Shown: positions 24,975-36,511, numbered from the stretch's first letter. The stretch is DNA of 63,737 bases from Narcine bancroftii (GCF_036971445.1 NC_091472.1:168640264-168704000); one strand, 5' to 3'. Program-made: numbers and translations. The notes: generated from the letters alone by a model not told the origin.

Positions 24975-25435
24975 ACTGAAAGGAACATATTGGGTTGCAG
25001 TATTGCATGTTCTTTTGGTTGCCCAGGTTTAGGAAGGATGTGATCAGGCTGGAGAGGACAAAGAGATTCACTGGGCTGTTTCCTGCGATGGAGCAGTACA
25101 GACACTGGAGAAGCTCGGCCTGCTCTTTCTGGAGTGGAAGAGGCTAGAAGGGGACCTGATTGAGATTGAGGGGTATTGATAGGATAGACTGCAATAAACC
25201 TTCCCCAATATCAGATGTAACTAAAGCAAGAGGCTTAGTGTAACAAGATATGGGGGACATCCCTCTTTCACCCAGATTGGACTGCTTGAAAGTAACAGCA
25301 TTTTAAGAAGTGTTGCTTGGGTACAGAAGGCTAAGTGTCAAGTTCTGGGTGATGGGGTGAATAGGGAAGGGTGCCCACTGATCAGTGTGGACAAGTTCAG
25401 CTATAGTCTGTTTTCATCTTGTACAATTCTATGTT
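24975..25435 (+). mobile_element. Old CR1 3' fragment
   Basis: AGGAAGGATGTGATCAGGCTGGAGAGG...AGATTCACT...GGGGACCTGATTGAG matches the other CR1 copies in the window. Confidence 0.65.
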
Positions 25436-25999
25436 TGCAATAGGCTTGACCAGCCTCACTCATTTTATAGCATATATTCCTGCTGTTAATTGGCTCTGTT
25501 TGTTGGACAGCACATAAGCATAACAGGTATGAAATTTGGGGAGCCTCACAATAATTGCTTCCTGGATCTGCATGAAGTGCTCATTAGAACTCAATGGAAA
25601 CAGGAGAACTGTATGAATGAAAATAATCAGCAGAAATAATCTTAACCAAATTTGTTTGGTGTAATTCCCAAAACTCCGGGGTGGGAACAAGGGCAGCAGA
25701 GCTAAATTGGATTTGAAATGGTGGCCCGAAGCTTGGTGAAAGAAATCCATGTTCAAAAGGTGTGAAGCAGTAGAAAGAAAGAGGGAAATGTGGCAGGAAG
25801 CCCAACTGCCAGGGGTGGAGTCATTTATGTCAAGGAGGACTGGAGGAGGTTACAGAACTGGGGAGGATTGAAGCATTCTGGAGAGACTTCTCAATTTGAG
25901 AGGCTGGAGACACAAGGTGAGCGCAGGAGTTGGGCAGTAAACAAGCCAAGGGAGCAGAGAATGGAAGATCGCCATTGGGTATAGGCAGGAGCAAAAGAA

Positions 26000-26590
26000 G
26001 GTTGAATCAACTTATGGTTAGTCTCCCTGTGAACCTTTTGAAGATCAACATGTAAACAAGCTTGGCTTTCATGGTTTAGCGATTCCTTTCGCTACTTCTC
26101 TGGGGCTTCTGTTATCTCCTGATGCATGGACCAGGGTTTCTCAATTTCATACTAGAGGTTCAGTGGGGATGTTGTATTTCTCCAAGGAGGCTTTGAAAAC
26201 ATCCTTCAATCTTTAGCTCTGCCTGCCTCTTATTCTTTTCCCACTACAGAGCTCAGAATGAAGTGTTTGGTACTGGACATGTCGATAGGTTAGCATGTCC
26301 AGCATGTTTTCTTGAATGCAGAAGCTTGCTGTGTGGTGATTGCCCTATTACATTTTCTGTCTTGATGTCTGACTGGCCAATGATTTTGTCGTTAGTTTGC
26401 TTATCCTTCCAATGAACTTGGAGGATTTTGAGGGCTCAGGAATGATGGTAAACCATGTCGCAGAAACCAAGAGGAGAGTAAGGATGTATGCTTCCTGGTA
26501 GACCATGAGTTTTTTTCCCCTCTGGGTATGAGGCCTCGATCTTTAAATGGCGAAAGATTTTCATTGAGGAAAAGGTATTTGAAACCTTTT
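26000..26590 (-). mobile_element. RTE-BovB-like LINE 3' fragment
   Basis: Minus strand RLKDVFKASLEKYNIP (~26166-26212) and degenerate upstream RT C-terminal motifs. Confidence 0.6.
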
Positions 26591-27311
26591 CAGCCTTTGG
26601 TGAATTGAGGAATAGGGCATCTTCGATAGCATAAAGGCTAAAGATGCATGCTTAGCAATCAGTATGTCTCTGAGATCATCCAAGCCTTGGTCACATCAGA
26701 GCCACAGTATGAAGACGAACAGAATGGATTGACCTTTAACATTTGGCAAGGATCCTTGGAATCCAGATACAAAAGAATGATCCCTGTGCAAGTTAATTGC
26801 AATCACAGTTGTATCATTTCCTATTCATGATGTGGTTAAAAATATGTATTTGTGTTTGCAAAAATGTATTCTCTTTTGTTAAATTAATATCCCACATTGA
26901 AAGTTACTTCTTTGCCCTCTGTGTTGATCTAGTGTACAGCAAATACATATTTAAAACTAATAGGCAATTCATCCCAGACACTGAGTGCTCCACCCTTGTG
27001 ATGTAATACCAGCCGCCTGTCCATTCTGATCCAAGCTGCAGTCCCAAGAGATGAGAAAACCACTCTCACTCTGACTCTTTGGATTCAATAGACACTGATC
27101 AGTCCAAACCTATGCATGGACTCAGTGGCTTGACAGTGCCTCATGGAAATCTGCCCGCACATGACAAGTAAAGAAGTGAAGCATTGTCAGAAGACCAAAG
27201 GCATGGGGCCAGCCCTTCATCAAGATGCTTGTTAGCTCTATTCCTGCTTACTGATCAGCTACAAACCACCAGCCACATGGCCTTGAAAACATTAGTCTGC
27301 CCTTCGGCTGT

Positions 27312-27535
27312 GGGAGTTTCCCACTGCTGGCAAAGCTTTCTAAGAAATTGCATTGGCCACAGGAAATTAATTAAAGTGCCAATGTCATTGTTTTTCTTAG
27401 AACAATCAACTCCATATTTTGTTGATCATGTTCAGGTATTTGGTTGCCATTTAATTTCAACGTACTAAATGTTTTAAAGTACCATTGGAACAGAATAGTT
27501 GTGTGGATAGAACTGCTTTCCTTCTGGGAACTTCC
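27312..27535. promoter_or_regulatory. Candidate NF-kB/STAT enhancer ~4.7 kb upstream of the cytokine
   Basis: GGGAGTTTCC 27312-27321, TTCTAAGAA 27338-27346, TTCTTAGAA 27394-27402, and TTCTGGGAA 27522-27530 overlapping GGGAACTTCC 27526-27535. Confidence 0.6.
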
Positions 27536-27559
27536 TTACCTATTAATGGTAACAGAACA

Positions 27560-27950
27560 ATTTGAAAACCTTGCCTTTATGTCACAACTTTCATGATCCT
27601 TAGATGGTTCCAAGGCCCTCTACAGCTAATAAATAACTTGCAATTTGCTTAAGTAACACAGAAAATGTAATAGGCAATCACCACACAGCAAGCTTCTGCA
27701 TTCAAGAAAACAATGATGTCCTTGGATGTGCATTAAGGGATACATATTGGGCAGCATATTAGGTATAAAAACCCTGGTCCTCTTGAAGACCTTGGGACTT
27801 TACATGACCATCTGAAGGACGACAAGGGGTATCTTTTTAATCTTTCAACAAAGAGATAGCCCTTCTGACAGCGAAGCATTCCCCATTTCTGTATGGGAAT
27901 AATGGGGTGAGCTTGTGTGTGAAGTCTCTGGAATGGAGCCATTAAGTGTC
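27560..27950 (-). mobile_element. Ancient SINE (Deu-domain/SacSINE-like); related copy at ~30040-30330
   Basis: Shared TTGC.TT.AT..GCCTTT..CCAAAGC.CT.ACAG pattern between the copies. Family name is from memory. Confidence 0.45.
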
Positions 27951-28919
27951 AAGGGAGGGTAATTAAACTTTCTTTTGTTGAAGGTGATCAGTGTCTGGCA
28001 CTCTTGCCATTTATTATCTTCAGCCCGAATGGTGGCAAGTCTTGCATTATCTGGGCATTACTGAAGGAGCTGAATGTGGGGTGTTTTTCGTGAAGAACTG
28101 ACTTTATGATGGAGGCAGATCTTTGATTCTGAAGCAGCAATTTTAAGTAACCTATAGCCATGCAAAGCCAAGTTGGCAAAAGTCCCTTCAGTTGCCCAAG
28201 AAAATGGGAAACGATCAAAAGATGACAAACTCCTTTACCTCTGACAACAATGATGTCATCACACCCATCCTCCTTCCACAGCTTAGCTGCCCAAAGTCAC
28301 TTGCTTGTAAGTATCAGGAGATGACTTGACTCCGGAGGAAGCACGCATCACAAAGAGACCAAAGACTGTATTCTTTGCACAAAGTGTGGTTGAGATTGTG
28401 ATGGTGTCATTCGGTCTTTGGGTACTCAGTCCTGAATCAATTTGCACCTGAGTTGAAGGATCAATGCCATTCCTTCCTATAAGGGATTCTGGCACACCTT
28501 GCCAATAGACTGCATGTTGGGAGCAATAGTATGCATCATGAAAGTCAGGATGTAGAGGTTAACCTGAGTACAAACTGTAGTGATACAATCTTGGAAAGAT
28601 TAAAAGATACTCAGTTGATCCCTTCTGAGAGATTTGTGACCTTTTAATCCCATTAGCGTTGGATCACCAGGAGCTCTATGTTGAATCGCATATGCCAAAG
28701 AAACTCTTTATATCAACGAAGTTGAGAAATTTCAGCACCAAGAGTAATGCTTTATATTTATGTAGCACATAGCATCATGTCCCATTTGTTCCTTGTAGGA
28801 GTGCCATCTTCAAAACTATTCCTTTCTCTGATATACTGAAAGTGGGATGCCCTATAAGTACTAGAACAGGGTAGTGAGAAGCTTGTGTGATCATTAGGGG
28901 AGAGTTGGATAATTGTGGA

Positions 28920-29980
28920 TGGAACAAAGCACCCTGGAAACAAACTCTTCAGCTCATATCGTCCATGCCAACCAAGGTTCCCATCTGATCTAGTCCTGTT
29001 TTTGTTTGTGCTTGGTAAATCCTATCCTCTCTGTGTATCTGTCCACGTGACTTTTAAATGTCATAATTGTACCTACCTCTAACACATGTGTACCATCCTC
29101 TAGGTGAAAATGCTGGCTCCAAAGTCCCTTTTAAATCTTCATGCCCTCCCAGTTTAAACCTGTGCCCTTTAGTTTTGCCCCTCCTATCTTTACCTTATGT
29201 TACCTATGTTCCTCGTGATTTTGTATAGCTCTATATCACCACCTTTCCACCTCGGAAGCTGCAGGGATAAAAGTCCTGCCTATCCATCCTCTCCTTATAA
29301 CTCAAGCCCTCCAGTCGCACTAACATCCTTGTGAATCTTTTTTGCACCCTTTCCAGTTTGGCTTCCTTCATATAGCAAAGCCACCCAGAATTTCATTCTT
29401 CCACCCTGCCCACAGCATCTTTCGGCTGCTCCTGTCAGGAAAGAGATACAGGAGGATCAGAGCCAGGACCACCAGGCTGAGGAACAGCTTCTTCCCATGG
29501 GCAGCGAGAATGCTGAACGACCAAAGGAACTGCTCACACTAACCCTCTGAGTCTCTTGTATTTACGAAATAAAATTTATTTATTTGTTTGTATGTCCTGC
29601 ATATGTATTTTTTGTTTGAATGTGTGTTATGTCTGGTTGTATGTTTTGCACCTAGGGCCAGAGAAGGATGTTTCGTTGGGTTGCACTTGATTTGACTTGA
29701 AATGTGGCCCAATCTACTGTAGCATCTCAACTCCTGTACTTCATGCTCTGACGGATGAAGGGAAGGCCCTCTTCACTACCCTGTCTACTTGTGTTGCTAC
29801 TTTCATGAAACTGTGAACCAGTGCCTAAAGGTCACTCTGTTCTACAGCACTCCCCCGGGGCTCTTCCATTCAATGTGTTAGTCTGACTTTCCGAAACGTG
29901 AACCCTCACCTTAATCCGAATTGAACTCTAATCTACCATCCTCGGCTCTCAGACACAGTTGATCAAGATCCTGTTGTTAT
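28920..29980 (-). mobile_element. CR1 fragment with a nested plus-strand Rex1 3' end (~29375-29700)
   Basis: Reverse-complement CR1 motifs flank HPAHSIFRLLLSGKRYRRIRARTTRLRNSFFPWAARMLN, which ends in an ACTTG-repeat tail. Confidence 0.75.
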
Positions 29981-30389
29981 CAGTCTCATCAGTTGAGATG
30001 TTGATGCTCAAGATTCTGATTACCAAAGGTATTATCTGGAAGGATCTTGCATTCATTTAGTGCCTTTTAGATTTAGAACATCCCAAAGCCCTTCACAGTT
30101 ACGAATATTTTTTGAAAAATTCCACTGTTGTGACAAGAGATCAATCTCGCAGCTAATTTGTTTGATTCCTTACAAAAATTAATAGACAGGGTTTTTTTTT
30201 TATTCACAGAGGAAGAGATATTGGCCAGCTCATCTTCAATGATACAGTGGGAATTTTTTTTTAAACCTTCAACTATGAGTGTAGATAAGCCCTATTTTAC
30301 CAATCCACATACTTGGTAATTAGCTCATTCTTGGCAAGAAAAATCTAATATAAAAAATCAGAAGGGGTAGAAGGCTTGGTCCTTTAAAT

Positions 30390-30630
30390 CAGCCGTTCCC
30401 AACCTTTTATTATGGCTGTGGCCCCCTTCGGACTCTGCTCAAAATTTATGGGCCCCCTTTCTCTGTGAAGCAGTCAAGTTTTGTGTTTTTTCTTCCCCCG
30501 TACTTCTCTCCTACCGACTACAGAAAAAATATTTAAAATATATGTTGATTTCAGTTCGTGGCCACACTTAAATATGCCATGCCCCCCACCTCCTCACCCC
30601 ACCCCCCACCCCCCAACCACCACCATACTG
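30390..30630. mobile_element. hAT-type MITE
   Basis: 8-bp TSD CTTTAAAT (30382-30389 and 30631-30638); starts CAGCCGTTCCCAACCTT and ends ...CTG. Confidence 0.75.
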
Positions 30631-31604
30631 CTTTAAATAACATTAAAATGGAAAGCAGCACCACGGCCAAAATCGGAACAGAAACGATCAGACATTGTAA
30701 ATTATTTCCAAGCATAGAACTGAAAAATATGATTGCATTTCAGTTAAAACTCACGCATATAAGTTTTTAAGATGGTACTGAAGACAGTGGAAAACAGGTG
30801 GAAAGAATGTAGAGCAAACTGATGATACACAGTGCTTGAAAATTGTACCTACTGTGAAAGGACAAACTCTCTTCACTGCCATAATGGGAAGCCCACAACC
30901 TTCTCTACAAAAGTAGTGAAAGGTTTCAATATATTGCACATAGAGTGTTTCCATTTTGAGGTGGAAATAATAACCGAGAAAACACATAAGAGTTTTCAGA
31001 ACAAACGAGAATGAGAGAATAAGATAAATACCATTGATGCATATAAGGGAAATTGGAGAAGGATCTGAAGAATAAAGGAACAGAGATTAATGCTGATAGA
31101 GTGAGGCAGGGGACCATGGAAAGGAGCTCAGAGAAAGGAGCATTGAGAGAAGCACAGATGCTGAGGTGGCTGAATAGTTTGTGCTTGTGCATTTAAAAGG
31201 CCCCTTTCCTTTTTCAGTGCTGCATGATGCATGACCTTCTGGCTCAATGATAAAGGCCCTATCAAAGTTGCGATAAGTCCAAATCCTGTGATGCCCCAGT
31301 CTACAGCCTCTCCTGTCTCTGCTGCCCCACTTGTCAGCTTCCCAGTGAGCTGTTTTTTTAAAAAATTTTCAGACTCCCAAGTCTTCAATCAAGCTAAAAA
31401 GAAATTCTCGTGGCATTGTCCAGAGATTTCCCTTGATAGCCTGACCTAGAACAACTGCTTGACATCATATGGGAGGGGGAAAAAAAGCTAATCCAACCCA
31501 GTTTTTGTAGTGCTGTTGGGAAACTTGCAGCTTGCTCCTGCATAACATTGCCAATCCACATCTGCATAAGGTGAGGGGAGCAAAGTTTAGGAGTGATGTC
31601 AGTG

Positions 31605-31835
31605 GCAATTTTTTTTTTAACCACAGAGTGGTGGGTGCCTGAAATGCATTGCCAAAGGTGGTGGTGGTGGTTGGTACAATAGGGACATTTAAAATCTCTC
31701 AGACAGCCACATGGATGCAAGAAAAATTGAGCGTTATGGATGTGCAATAGGAAAGGTTTAGATTGTTGAGTAGGTTTATACAGGTTGGCATAACATTGTG
31801 GTCCGAAGGACCTGTACTGTAATGTTCTATGTCTG
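31605..31835 (+). mobile_element. CR1 3' end in the proximal upstream region of the cytokine
   Basis: CAGAGTGGTGGGTGCCTG.AATGCATTGCC...GAAGGACCTGTACTGTAATGTTCTATGT tail. Confidence 0.75.
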
Positions 31836-32085
31836 GAGGGGGATTCAATGTTCACATAATATTTTGAAATGTTGAGAAATGAGGTCGTAGGATACCATAC
31901 ACTTTTGTGTGTTGTGTGAAGTCGATGCAGTGTAATACATTGTGACGTGGCTATACTCTTTACTTCACCAATCTGATTGCTGGATTAACTCTACCAAACT
32001 GTACCAAAACTACCAGACTATCATGTCATAGCTGTGACAAAGCAATTTCATCAATGATATGTGCTGGATGCCTGTAAAAATGTTT

Positions 32086-32135
32086 TGTGGTTTCACTTCC
32101 GTATATATAACGTAATCTGAAAAGTTTGTCAGAGC
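32086..32135 (+). promoter_or_regulatory. Core promoter of the cytokine gene (RUNX, ETS and TATA elements)
   Basis: TGTGGTT 32086-32092, ACTTCCG 32095-32101 and TATATAA 32104-32110; predicted start near 32130-32135, upstream of the ATG. Confidence 0.7.
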
Positions 32136-32198
32136 AGAATGCACTTTAAAGAGCTCAGCCACTTGCTTTCCACGTTCATGTGTCAGAACTGCAAAACA

Positions 32199-32214
32199 AT
32201 GGAACTTGGAGCAG
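32199..32214 (+). CDS. Cytokine coding exon 1 (MELGA + first base of Val)
   Basis: Strong Kozak AAAACAATGG, donor CAG|GTAATT at 32215, TATA box ~90 nt upstream. Mirrors the tiny phase-1 first exon of LIF (MKVLAAG). Confidence 0.8.
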
Positions 32215-35200
32215 GTAATTCTCACTTGCATAGCTATTCTGCTGGTCTCCGACAAGTTTTATGTGGTTATTTTTTTATTTGACATTTAGGAATGATGGTT
32301 CGCTGTGATAGAATATTTAAAGTAATTGCAAGTTTCTTCAGTGTATTGCAGAGAGCAATGTCACTTTAGAGATCAATTGTTGTACTGGTTTTAAACTTTT
32401 TACTTTCTTTTCAGTGGTCCGATTTGTACTTCTGCTGTTCCCTTTATCTTGTCTCAACACCAGTGCAACTCCTGACTTAAACAGAAAAATAAAAAACTGC
32501 TATCAACTGGCAGTTGAACTAAACCACTCTGCTCCTGTCGCACTACAGTCATACGTAAGACATTTTTACCTTTTTGATATAATTGTGAGTTTTACATATT
32601 TAATTTGAAAATCCATATTTCAATTTGGTTTTAGTTCTTGAACTATTAATATGTAATTGATTGAGTTTCTAATCTTTTCTGCAGACCCATTAGCTTTTAT
32701 TTCCAGTTTAGAGATGTGATGGAGCAGTGGATTTACTTACAGTTTTCTCCGCTGTGACACAGGATTTAGCTACTTTGATAGGATGAAACTTTAATGCAAC
32801 TGCCAATAGGAGTGGGTCAATATCAAATAATGGTTCCATGCCATCATGATGTTAGTTATGACCTCTGAATGTTAGTTATGACCTCTGAACACTGTGGTCA
32901 CTTCTCCCTCTTGTGGTCACCTTGATGGAAGATGGGGATGGCTGGAGATCCTCATGGTCAGGAGGGAGAGAACATTGTTCTGGATATTGATCTCAGGAAG
33001 AGGCCTAATGGGAACTTGTGAATCCATGTTTCATCAAGTGTGCTGGGTTATGTGAAATAGAATTGATAGACCTGCTTCATTAGCTGGAAAGGTATGGTTA
33101 GTGGACTTGTTGTCAAGACCTTTGGGCAATTGATCCAAATGTGTGAAGTGTCAGTTCACATCCCAATATGACTATAATCAGATAATAAATCTTATAAATA
33201 AAGCACTAGTGATTGAAATACTAAGAGTTTGCTGTAAAAACTCAAGGAGGAACCCAAACTATCTTGCAGATGACACCAGTATAGTTAATTTTTCGCCTAG
33301 GAATTCATTTTAAAATGTGCAGGTAAGCCTTGCATCTTCCTGTTCACCTCCTCAATGCTTGCAGTTTTGCCATCTGTCATGCTTTTTTTTTTATCTCCAG
33401 TGATCCTGTTTGACCAATGTACACTTACCATTCTAAGAAATCTCAAATTGTAACCAGTTACTAAGTTCAAGACCAATAGAAATCACTTGAACATTGAGTG
33501 TTATGGACCAAGTGCAGGCAATGTGATAGGTGTGGAAGGATTTGATGGACTGATTGGGATGCAATATGACCATGAAGAGGCAATAAATGTCGGTTTGAAG
33601 GTCCTTTATATAAATTGGTTGACAGATCTGAGACACGGTAATTCCTTGCATCAGATCTTCTGATAATTTCTTTGTGTTGAAGGCCAATTATTGGGTCAAT
33701 ATGGATAAAGACTCCTCTATCAAACTGGACCTTGGATCTCCTGAAAAGCTGTTGATGTTCAGACTGGTTCACCTTAAATAACTAAACTGAGGTGAAAAAC
33801 ATGACAACAGCCAATAGAGGTGCTGAAACTGGTGGAAGTTGATGAACCCCAGGTGAATTGCCATGACACAGGGATGGCGAAATGATCAGAGGGCAAACCC
33901 CATCCCCTGCCATTAGCAGCATGTGGGCAACTACTCAATACCCTTTGGTGCCAAGTTGTTGTCTACCTTTGTAGTCAAGAACTTGTGTGTAGCATTAGAA
34001 ATAGCCTTACTCAGAGATAGGGAAGCTTTTGGAGGAAATTCTGAAGGACAACATTTATATGGCTGGGATTAATGGGAAGGACCAAAATGATTTTGTGCAG
34101 CAAATCATGTCTCACAAATCTGAATGAGGTTTTTTTAAGGAGGTGTCTAACAAAATGAATGAAGGCAGCAAGATAGAGAAAATATACATGGATTTAAGTA
34201 AGACTTTTTCTGGTTAATCCAGAGGTTAAGGCACAAGGGACCCAAAATATGCAATGTTAATCCAAGATTTCCTTGGTGATAGAGGCAGAAGACAGTGGTG
34301 GGTTCTACATGGCACTTGGCAGGGATTGGGGGTGGGACCCCTGTTGTTTGTAATATATATAAATGAGTTGGATGAGAATGTAGGTGGAGAGTTAGTAAGA
34401 TTACAGACCACATGATAATTGGTGGATGGTAGATGGCGAAAAAGATACAGTGGGACATAGATCAGCTGAAAAGTTGAGCGGAGGTGCAACTTAATTGATT
34501 TAATGTACTTTGGGAAGTCTATAGGACTCATTAAGTAAAATGGCAGGGATCTGAGGAGCATTGGTATACAGATTGACTTTAGAAGTGCAAGTCCATAGCT
34601 TGCTGAACGTGTTGATGCAGATAATCAGTATAGTGCAGAAGAATTTGGGATGCTTGTTTTCATGGCCCAAGGCAATGAGTATGAGAGTTGTCATGCCATG
34701 TTGCAGCTAGACAAAACTTTGGTTAGATCACATTTGGATTATTGTGCACAGTTCGGGTTGTCGAACAACTTGAAGGATGTGGTAGCAATAAAAAGAGTGA
34801 AAAACAGTTTCCCCAGTTTGATACTGAGAGTGGAAGAATGTAGTTAAAAGGAGAGATTGGATAGGGTAGATGTATTCTCACTGGAATATAGGAGACCAAG
34901 GGGTGATCTTGTAGATGTTTTTTAAATTATATGGGGCATTGAAAGGATAGATGATCAGGCAATTTTCCCAGGCCAGGGTAGGTTAGAGCCAGGGAACATA
35001 GGTTTAAAGTGAGAAGGGAGAAATCTGATGGGCAAGTATTTTCACACTGAGGGCAGTAGTTATTATGGAACAACCTGCCAGATGAGTTGGGTAGAGGTCG
35101 GCACAATTGTTGCATTTAAAAAAAAATTCGACAGGTACTTGGATAGAAAAGGAGTGGAGGGATATGAGCTAAAGCAGGCAAATAGGTTTAGCACAAAGAG

Positions 35201-36511
35201 GTAACATGGTCAATATGGATGAAGTTTCTGTGCTGTATGATTCCATAATTCAGAAGGGAAGAAAAATTTAATTCAATTTATATTGGCCCCTTCATGAAGC
35301 AAAATATGCTGGAATGAACTTAAAAATTCTTGTTTGTCTTAACATTAGCTGTACCTCATGCAAATCTTTCAAAATAAGATGGTTAGCGTGGTATGTGTGT
35401 CACAGCTGCTTCAATATAATATAAGGAGTATTAATTGTAGCAGGATGTCAGGATGATCTTCCATCTTCCCGCTTCATGATAGACCGGTTGAGAGAGGGTA
35501 ACATCTCACCCCACCTAGAGTTGGCCTCTGTTATCTCTGCAATAATGCTGAGAGTGTTACGACATGGGCTAGAGTTAAGGTGGTGAGGATGAATGAAAAA
35601 CAGGAAATGATACAAGTCATAAAAGGAGTCTAAAGTGAAAATCCATTCACATATGGTTTGAAAAAGTAATGTAGAAATACATTAAAATTTCCAGTAAACT
35701 AGAGGTGGTTGTTTTACCAACAAAACATTTCCTGTTTAATAAAGCAAGATTTAAACTTCTTTAGCATGTTCCTTCAAATAAAACAGAACTTACTAAGTAA
35801 CATCTCAATTGATTTTGCTGTGACTTTCAGTCTCATAATTTTGATCTGGGATTGCATTCGTATTTGGATCCTTAAAGCCTACTTTTATGTTGCAGATTTC
35901 GATCACTCTTCTCTCTGTTTTTCTCATTTGAAGTCTCTGTAAAATGCTTGTAATGTTTATCAACATAAAAGGTGTTACATCATTGTAAGTTGTTATTCAG
36001 TTTTATTAATACAGTTGTCTTTTTCTTTCAGCTTTCTGTCCAAGGACCGCCATTTAATAATGCTCTGATAAAAAATCATGTATGCCACAGAAATGTGAGC
36101 TGTCTTCCCAAGAGGCATCTGAACAAGATGGAGGAAAATGAAATGCTTAAGAAAATATTTATTGGTGTGCAACAGTTCACGTGGCACTTGAATAATACAA
36201 TTATTCAGCAGAAGAACTTGAACCCTTCTTCAAAGCTTCAATTCGAGCTTGAAAATATTCGGACATATCTCATGTCACTGGATGCCAACCTGCTGTCAAT
36301 TCTGCGCAACAAAGGCCATCATGTTTCCAGACAATTTGAATGTTCCTCAGGACACAGAAATCTCTCAGATAAACCGTTCTTACAAAAGCAACAAGGATGT
36401 GTAATTCTGACAAACTTTAAACACTATATTGCACAAGTGTTAAAGTACTTTCATCATTTATTAAGGAACTTTTCCCATTTGTCATCTACAAGCCATAAGA
36501 CCTCAGAATAA
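32199..36511 (+). CDS. Three-exon IL-6-family long-chain four-helix cytokine, LIF/OSM/M17/cardiotrophin-like, 211 aa: join(32199..32214,32415..32554,36032..36511)
   Basis: Spliced ORF MELGAVVRFVLLLFPLSCLNTSATPDLNRKIKNCYQLAVELNHSAPVALQSY|LSVQGPPFNN...QQKNLNPSSKL...KPFLQKQQGCVILTNFKHYIAQV...KTSE*. All junctions are GT-AG with pyrimidine tracts, intron phases are 1 and 0, and 16+140+480=636 nt. Signal peptide present. Motifs Y-x3-QG-x-PF, Q-x2-LNP and F-x2-K-x2-GC match LIF-type cytokines (human LIF YTAQGEPF, QKILNP, FQKKKLGC). Exact orthology cannot be decided from this window. Confidence 0.9.
32415..32554 (+). CDS. Cytokine coding exon 2 (signal peptide and helix A)
   Basis: Acceptor ACTTTCTTTTCAG|TG and donor TAC|GTAAGA; in frame with track ORF 32414..32608; hydrophobic VRFVLLLFPLSCL. 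Confidence 0.9.
34090..35250 (+). mobile_element. Decayed CR1 fragment in cytokine intron 2
   Basis: GPLLFVIYINELDEN and LDKTLVRSHLDYCAQFG motifs, then CR1 3' UTR. Confidence 0.85.
36032..36511 (+). CDS. Cytokine coding exon 3 (AB loop, helices B-D, stop)
   Basis: Acceptor TCTTTTTCTTTCAG|CTT; 159 codons to TAA, in frame with track ORF 35972..36511; QGPPF, QKNLNP and FLQKQQGC motifs. Confidence 0.92.
   Translation, partial: LSVQGPPFNNALIKNHVCHRNVSCLPKRHLNKMEENEMLKKIFIGVQQFTWHLNNTIIQQKNLNPSSKLQFELENIRTYLMSLDANLLSILRNKGHHVSRQFECSSGHRNLSDKPFLQKQQGCVILTNFKHYIAQVLKYFHHLLRNFSHLSSTSHKTSE

Noticed and set aside
32555-32608. Tail of track ORF 32414..32608
   Set aside because: Read-through past the GTAAGA donor into intron 2.
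32849-32888. Perfect 20-bp tandem duplication ATGTTAGTTATGACCTCTGA
   Set aside because: Only two units in an intron; an ordinary slippage or repair duplication.
33301-33322. 22-nt AG...GTAAGC micro-exon candidate in intron 2
   Set aside because: It would frameshift the cytokine and has no support without RNA data.
35972-36031. N-terminal 20 codons of the 179-aa track ORF
   Set aside because: GTG start inside the intron's polypyrimidine tract; the real exon begins at the AG acceptor at 36031/36032.
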